Assembly (NCBI GenBank): GCA_036526155.1
Contig: DATCZB010000147.1
Coordinates: forward strand, 1 to 56,592
Direction of reading: 5' to 3'
Source of the DNA: Gammaproteobacteria bacterium
GTDB taxonomy: Bacteria > Pseudomonadota > Gammaproteobacteria > Steroidobacterales > Rariloculaceae
Length of the DNA: 56,592 bases
Both the position numbers and the translations under genes were made by a program. The notes under the pieces are model-generated. The model had not been told where the DNA came from, searched no databases, and saw only the letters and a list, made by a program, of their open reading frames with translations. Of the stretch, positions 51,642-56,592 are shown one piece after another; the stretch's first letter is position 1; the number at the start of each line of letters is the position of its first letter.

Positions 51642-53666
51642 CTAGAAACTGAAGCTGATCTGAGCGTCGACCCGTCGGTCGATGATGTCGCCGAAGATGT
51701 GCTGTTGCAGCTCGTCGTCGAAGATATTCTGACCGATGATCTTGAAGGTCATGCTCTCGTCGCGGAACCGCCAGCCGACTGATGCGTTCACCGCGGTGAA
51801 TGCATCGGTCGGTGCGCGGGCAAACAGCACGTCGGCCCAGTAGGACTCATCCTGATAGTTGACCGTCGCGTTCCAGAAGAACCCGCCCATATCCTGACCG
51901 ACGCCTACGTTGGCCCGCCATTCCGGGGCGCGGTTGACATCGGTCGGATCGGCGCCGGTGATGTCCGGATCGTCCTGCCACGACAGGTTCAGCCACCAGT
52001 ACCAGTCTTCCAGCTGCTGGTCGAGCGAGAACTCGACGCCCTTGTCCACCGTCTTGCCGACGTTGCGGTAGCTGTAATCTGAAGGCACGACGCCGGCGAG
52101 GCCGCCGAAAGGGCAGGCCGGCAGGGTTCCGGGCGCGAGCGCAAAGCAGGGAATCAGCTGCGCCGGCATCGTCGGGCCGGGCGACGGCAGGTTGGTTGGC
52201 CCATAAAGATCGGCGGTGAAGAAGTCGATCGAGTCCCTGGTCTCGTTGCGGTAGGCGGCGACCGTCACCGCCATGCCGTTGTCGAGGTTGCCGACATAGC
52301 CGATCTCCCAGGCTTCGAGCGACTCCTCGGTCAGGGCCACGTCGCCGTAAGCGTCGCCGACGGCGGCGACCCCGGGAGCGAGCGGCTGCAGGATGCTGAT
52401 CTGCAGGTAGTTGTTGATCGCCGAGGGCGTGCGGAAGGCTTCGTTGTAGGAAATCCTGAACGTGTGGTTCGGCGAGAACGAGTAGAGCAGGCTGGTGCGC
52501 GGCGTGACGACCGAATCCTTGAGCGGGTCGATATCGTCGTAGCGCAGCCCGAGAACCCAGCGCCATTGATCGCTGAGCTGGATCTCGTCCTGGATGAACA
52601 CGCCCCATTCGTCCTTGTCGTCGGCAGCCGGCGCGATGTTGAGATCGAAATCGTGCATGCGGACGTTGCCGCCGTAAGTGACGAGATGCCGGTCGCCGAC
52701 CTGGGTCGAATTCGAAACGTCGATGTTGAACGTATCGTTGATGAAGCGGAACCCCAGCGGCTGCCCGGTCGTGTCTACCGTCAGGAGGTTCGTGCCGAAG
52801 CCGTCGAGGAACTGCGCCGAGGCACCGAAATGGAAATTGCCCTTGTACCAGTCGGCATGGAAATACTGAAGGTCCGTGTCGTCTTTGATGTCGAACGGCC
52901 CGATTCCGGTATGGATGATGCCGTCGGTCGACGCCGCGCCGGCGCCCAGCGAGAAATAGCCGTCCTCCAGTCCCCAGTCGAAACTGACGTCGGCGCGCCG
53001 CTGCGTCGTGCCGTCGTTCTGAAACGGAGGATAGGTTTGCGGCGGGTTCGAGCCCGGCACCTCGCCCTGAGGCCGATCATAGGCATCCTGATCGAAGACG
53101 CCGCCTGAAATCTTGTAGGCAAAATCGGAGTCGCCGCCTGCATGGACGACATTGGCCGTGTTCGTGCCGATCACCACATTGGTGCCGACGATTTCCTGCG
53201 GGCGCTTGGTGATGATGTTGGTCACACCGGACATCGCGTTCGCGCCCCAGACCGCGCTGCCCGGCCCGCGAACGACCTCGATCTGCTTGATCTCCGTCGA
53301 CTGGATCGGCAGCAGATCCCAGAGCACGATGCCGAAGAAGTCGAGATACACCGAGCGCCCGTCGAGCAACACGAGCTGGGAGGTCGACAGCGTGTTGGTG
53401 GCGCCGCGAGCCGTCATGTTGATATCGCGCGTGCTGGTCTGGGCAATGTTGACGCCGGGCACGTTGCGCAACAGGTCGCCGAGGTCGTCGGCCGGCGTTC
53501 GCTCGATGTCGGCGGCAGTGATGACCGTCACGGCCGCAGGCGCCTGGGCGATGCTGTTTTCCGTCCGCGTTGCCGAAACGACGACCGTTTCCTCGTCGCC
53601 CTGGGCCCATGCCGTTGCTGAGCTAACTGCAAGTGCAAGTGCAGAGAACCGGATTGCATTGCGCAT
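51642..53666 (-). CDS. TonB-dependent receptor
   Basis: Signal peptide (AVSSATAWA|QG), TonB box ETVVVSATR, plug domain (IEVVRGPGSAVWGANAMSGVTNIITK), a beta-barrel and a terminal ...ISFSF. Start chosen at M104 of the 777-aa ORF. Confidence 0.88.
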   Translation of the reverse strand: MRNAIRFSALALAVSSATAWAQGDEETVVVSATRTENSIAQAPAAVTVITAADIERTPADDLGDLLRNVPGVNIAQTSTRDINMTARGATNTLSTSQLVLLDGRSVYLDFFGIVLWDLLPIQSTEIKQIEVVRGPGSAVWGANAMSGVTNIITKRPQEIVGTNVVIGTNTANVVHAGGDSDFAYKISGGVFDQDAYDRPQGEVPGSNPPQTYPPFQNDGTTQRRADVSFDWGLEDGYFSLGAGAASTDGIIHTGIGPFDIKDDTDLQYFHADWYKGNFHFGASAQFLDGFGTNLLTVDTTGQPLGFRFINDTFNIDVSNSTQVGDRHLVTYGGNVRMHDFDLNIAPAADDKDEWGVFIQDEIQLSDQWRWVLGLRYDDIDPLKDSVVTPRTSLLYSFSPNHTFRISYNEAFRTPSAINNYLQISILQPLAPGVAAVGDAYGDVALTEESLEAWEIGYVGNLDNGMAVTVAAYRNETRDSIDFFTADLYGPTNLPSPGPTMPAQLIPCFALAPGTLPACPFGGLAGVVPSDYSYRNVGKTVDKGVEFSLDQQLEDWYWWLNLSWQDDPDITGADPTDVNRAPEWRANVGVGQDMGGFFWNATVNYQDESYWADVLFARAPTDAFTAVNASVGWRFRDESMTFKIIGQNIFDDELQQHIFGDIIDRRVDAQISFSF

Positions 53667-53949
53667 ATCGTGTAATCCCCTGTTGTTTGTCAAAGCCAGC
53701 TGTTTCGGGATAAGACAGAAAAAGTTCTCTGCCCCCAGGGCCGGTTTGTATTCAGCGGGTGTCGAGATTGTACCCGTATACGCGCGGTCGCCGATATAGC
53801 GCAATAGACGGTAAACTAGCGGAAAACTGAAACGACCGTTTTCGATTGCGTTCCGCGCAGTCCCTGAGCGCACTGGCGGCGAATGGTGCGGCAAGGCCAA
53901 CGGGTAAGTGGGTGAGGGGAGCCCGCCAACCGCAGTATTCAGCATTTCT

Positions 53950-55551
53950 ATGGACATCAAACGCGGATTCCGCATTGGCTCATGGGCCGTCTCGCCGTTG
54001 ACGGGAGAGATCCGCTCGGCCGATCAGGCTGTCCACCTGGAGCCAAAAGTCATGGAAGTGCTGATGGTGCTCGCCGAGAAAGCGGAGAGCGTCGTGCTTC
54101 GGGACGAATTGCTCGCAAGCGTATGGGGGGCGCGCGCAGCAACCAGCGACGAGCCTTTGACCCGCTGCATTGCGCAGTTGCGCCAGTCGCTCGGCGACTC
54201 CTCCCGCAACCCCAGCTACATTCAGACAGTGCCCAAGCGCGGCTACCGGCTCATGGTTCCCGCGCTGCCTCTCGAGGATCAGCGGGAAGCGGTTCGTCCC
54301 GCGGCATCGGCCAAAGCAGGGGCGCCGTCGGCCGGGCGTCCGGCGGCAGCGCTCGGGCCGGCGCAGCGCGTCGCCTGGCTCGGGGCCATTGCCGTTGCGG
54401 GGCTGGCTGCTTACGTTGCGCTGCCGATCCTGTTCGGTCCGAACGAATCCGGGCAACTCGATCCATGCTACGTCGAGGAAGTCGAGCAGCCGCTGCGCAG
54501 CATCCATCCCGACGCCCTCGAGGCGTGCACGGACGGCGTCAAGGAGATGGGCGAGCGCACGGCTGACTCGCTCCGATTCGCCATGAACTACTTCCGGCGT
54601 GCGATGGATGTCGAGCCGGAATACGGTTCGGCCATTATCAATCTGGCCCGGGCGATGGTGCTCCTTCCGACCTACGAAGAATTTCCTGACCCCGCTGATT
54701 GTGCTTACGATCGCAAACTGTCCGACCAGTCCGACTGCTATGACGCGGCAATCAAGCTCGTCGATCTGCACATCGGCGACGTCGCTTACATCGGCGACTA
54801 CGTTTACGGAATCAAGGGGTACGTCTATACGCAGCAGCTGAGATGGCGCCTGGCTTCCGGTCAGTTCGCCCGGGCTGTGGAGATGACGGGCAACGACGCC
54901 GACATGTGGCAATGGTATTCGCAGTTTCTTGCGGCGGTCGGCGATCTGGATGGTGCGCTCGAGGCAATCGCCAGAGCCTACGAATTGAATCCGCGCTCCG
55001 GCGTCATTCTGGATCGTTATGCCATTCTGTTGATGTGGCACGAGCGGCACGACGAGGCGGGGCGAAGGTTCGACGAGGCGGCGCAGTATCCGCATGTGCC
55101 TTTCGAGGCGGGGCGCCTCATCTGGAGCATCCACCAGGGTCGCTGGGACGAGGTCGGTGAGCTTCTCGCAGGGCATGCGGGCGGCGCCGATGACGCATGG
55201 ATCGACGAGCTCGTTGCCGGACTCAGAGATCCGGCATTGCGCCCGCGAGCCGCGGCTGCCGTGGAGCGGGCGAGCCTCAGCGGCAGCCTTTCCGGGCAGT
55301 ATGTCTACGGCGCCTGGGTGTTACTGGGTGAAACCGAGCGCGCCATCGAGGCGGCGCTCGACCTGATCGACGAGCGCCCTGGCTCGATGTCCGTCGAATT
55401 CCTGTTTGCACCCGAGACCAGACTGCTGCGCCAGCATCCGCGTTTTGCAGAGATTGTTCGGGAGCTCGAGCTCGACGACTACTGGGCCGCGGATCCCGCG
55501 AATTGTCCGCAGCAGTTTCAGATGCCCGGCGCGACTAACTGGTGTATCTGA
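53950..55551 (+). CDS. ToxR/CadC-like membrane-anchored winged-helix regulator with periplasmic TPR-like domain
   Basis: The N-terminal OmpR/PhoB-type DNA-binding domain (LEPKVMEVLMVLAE..VVLRDELL..VW......DEPLTRCIAQLRQSL......IQTVPKRGYRL) has no receiver domain. It is followed by one TM helix (VAWLGAIAVAGLAAYVALPILF) and a helical-repeat C-terminal region. Confidence 0.75.
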   Translation: MDIKRGFRIGSWAVSPLTGEIRSADQAVHLEPKVMEVLMVLAEKAESVVLRDELLASVWGARAATSDEPLTRCIAQLRQSLGDSSRNPSYIQTVPKRGYRLMVPALPLEDQREAVRPAASAKAGAPSAGRPAAALGPAQRVAWLGAIAVAGLAAYVALPILFGPNESGQLDPCYVEEVEQPLRSIHPDALEACTDGVKEMGERTADSLRFAMNYFRRAMDVEPEYGSAIINLARAMVLLPTYEEFPDPADCAYDRKLSDQSDCYDAAIKLVDLHIGDVAYIGDYVYGIKGYVYTQQLRWRLASGQFARAVEMTGNDADMWQWYSQFLAAVGDLDGALEAIARAYELNPRSGVILDRYAILLMWHERHDEAGRRFDEAAQYPHVPFEAGRLIWSIHQGRWDEVGELLAGHAGGADDAWIDELVAGLRDPALRPRAAAAVERASLSGSLSGQYVYGAWVLLGETERAIEAALDLIDERPGSMSVEFLFAPETRLLRQHPRFAEIVRELELDDYWAADPANCPQQFQMPGATNWCI

Positions 55552-55747
55552 TCCGCACCGCTCGTCCATGGCAACCGGCCGCCTCCCGTTAAGGGGCTGC
55601 AGCGGGAAAGCCGGCGGCTTCCGATCGTTTCGTCGGGCGCGGTCAGCAGAGTTTCATCAGAAAAACCAAAGCCGACGATCAGGCCCCGGGGGAATCGTAT
55701 TTGCAAGCATTCATGCCGTGTAAGAAGCCATGAGTCGGAGTCGCGTC

Positions 55748-56592
55748 ATGAAGAGACTGCAATTCCTGATATTTCTACAGTCAGCCATCATCGCGGTGAT
55801 GCTCCTCGCCGGCTGCTCGACCTCGACCCGGTTCGTGGCTGATACGCGCGTCGATGTGCAGGGCAACGTCGTGCGCACGACCCGTCTCGAGTCTTCCGGC
55901 AGCGCCGCCTTCGACAGGCTCACGACCCACTACCTGCTTTTGCCCGGCGGTGAGTGGGCCGAAACCACTGTGGAGGAACCGGGGCTGTTCGAGGATGCGC
56001 CGCCGCGGCGCGTATTGCAGCACAGCTATTCCGTGGTCAGACGATTCGCGCGCGGAGATGATATTGCGCCTGATTTCGAGCGGCGAGCGGCGGTTGCTGC
56101 CGGGGCTGCACGTAACGAGATTGCGGTGCGCACGCGCCGGCTGTGGTTCGTCGATACTTTCAGTTATCAGGAGACGTTCAGCGATATCCCGACGCTGGAA
56201 TCCGTCACCTTCGCGCTCGATCGCCTGTTCGAGATGGCTGTGGAGATTATCGCGGAGGAAGTCGCCGCGCTCGACCCCGCGCTGACAATCGGGCAGGCCC
56301 GCGCTCGCCTCGTCGCCCGGTTCGGGCCGCTCCTCGACGCGATCGGGGCAGCCGTGCAACGGCATTGTGTTGACGAGGTCGACGCTGCCACCGACTGCAT
56401 TGCGCAGGTCGAGCAGGCCGAGGAGATGGAATTGATCGTGGCGATGTTCGAGGACGACACGTTCATACTCGACGAGATCGAAGCGCTGTTTCCGGCGCCA
56501 GCCGGCACCGCTGCGGGCCGTTGGCGCGAGTTGCTGCACACGGAGGTCATGGACGATGCCGAGATCCGGGCCGACAGGGAGCTGACCGAAAG
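55748..56592 (+). CDS. lipoprotein of unknown function (3'-truncated by the window end)
   Basis: This frame is not in the supplied ORF track because it runs off the window. ATG at 55748, lipobox MLLAGC, and no stop codon through 56592, with GC3-rich codons throughout. Confidence 0.5.
   Translation, partial: MKRLQFLIFLQSAIIAVMLLAGCSTSTRFVADTRVDVQGNVVRTTRLESSGSAAFDRLTTHYLLLPGGEWAETTVEEPGLFEDAPPRRVLQHSYSVVRRFARGDDIAPDFERRAAVAAGAARNEIAVRTRRLWFVDTFSYQETFSDIPTLESVTFALDRLFEMAVEIIAEEVAALDPALTIGQARARLVARFGPLLDAIGAAVQRHCVDEVDAATDCIAQVEQAEEMELIVAMFEDDTFILDEIEALFPAPAGTAAGRWRELLHTEVMDDAEIRADRELTE

Noticed and set aside
53667-53949. Cobalamin or TPP riboswitch upstream of the TonB-dependent receptor.
   Set aside because: I read both strands and saw no B12 box, no GGTG..AATCC core and no CTGAGA/ACCTGAT TPP elements, only loosely similar fragments. 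I treat the region as an ordinary divergent promoter region.

Overview
This is a GC-rich chromosomal segment with strong third-codon-position GC bias and many long antisense shadow ORFs. It looks like a Gammaproteobacterium. I call about 50 protein genes and one tRNA, and I found no CRISPR array, transposase or phage integrase. Most of the window is housekeeping backbone whose gene order matches blocks known from E. coli and Pseudomonas: xerD-dsbC; queA-tgt-yajC-secD-secF; suhB/trmJ-iscS-iscU-iscA-ndk-rlmN-pilW-rodZ-hisS-yfgM-bamB-der; xseA/guaB-guaA-tadA/mltF. Several lineage-specific modules of secreted or envelope proteins are inserted in that backbone, and these are the most interesting parts. 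(1) 33.1-36.1 kb: a DUF6152-like small secreted protein and a roughly 270-aa secreted partner are encoded as adjacent genes, and divergently as a single fusion protein. The mature N-termini of the DUF6152-like modules start with His-His. (2) 9.3-15.6 kb: a MarR regulator, two tandem paralogous CRTAC1/ASPIC-UnbV FG-GAP lipoproteins and a large PAP2/vanadium-haloperoxidase-like lipoprotein, ending next to tRNA-Leu(CAA). (3) 43.8-48.1 kb: a translationally coupled MscS-type channel, an MltB-like lytic transglycosylase and a two-domain DUF3750-containing protein. (4) 22.8-24.7 kb: a reduced ISC locus with no iscR, hscBA or fdx, and an IscU-like protein that keeps only one of the three scaffold cysteines. 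(5) A RodZ-like protein that stops just after its transmembrane helix, with ispG missing from its usual slot. All family assignments come from reading the translated ORFs by eye. No database search was run.
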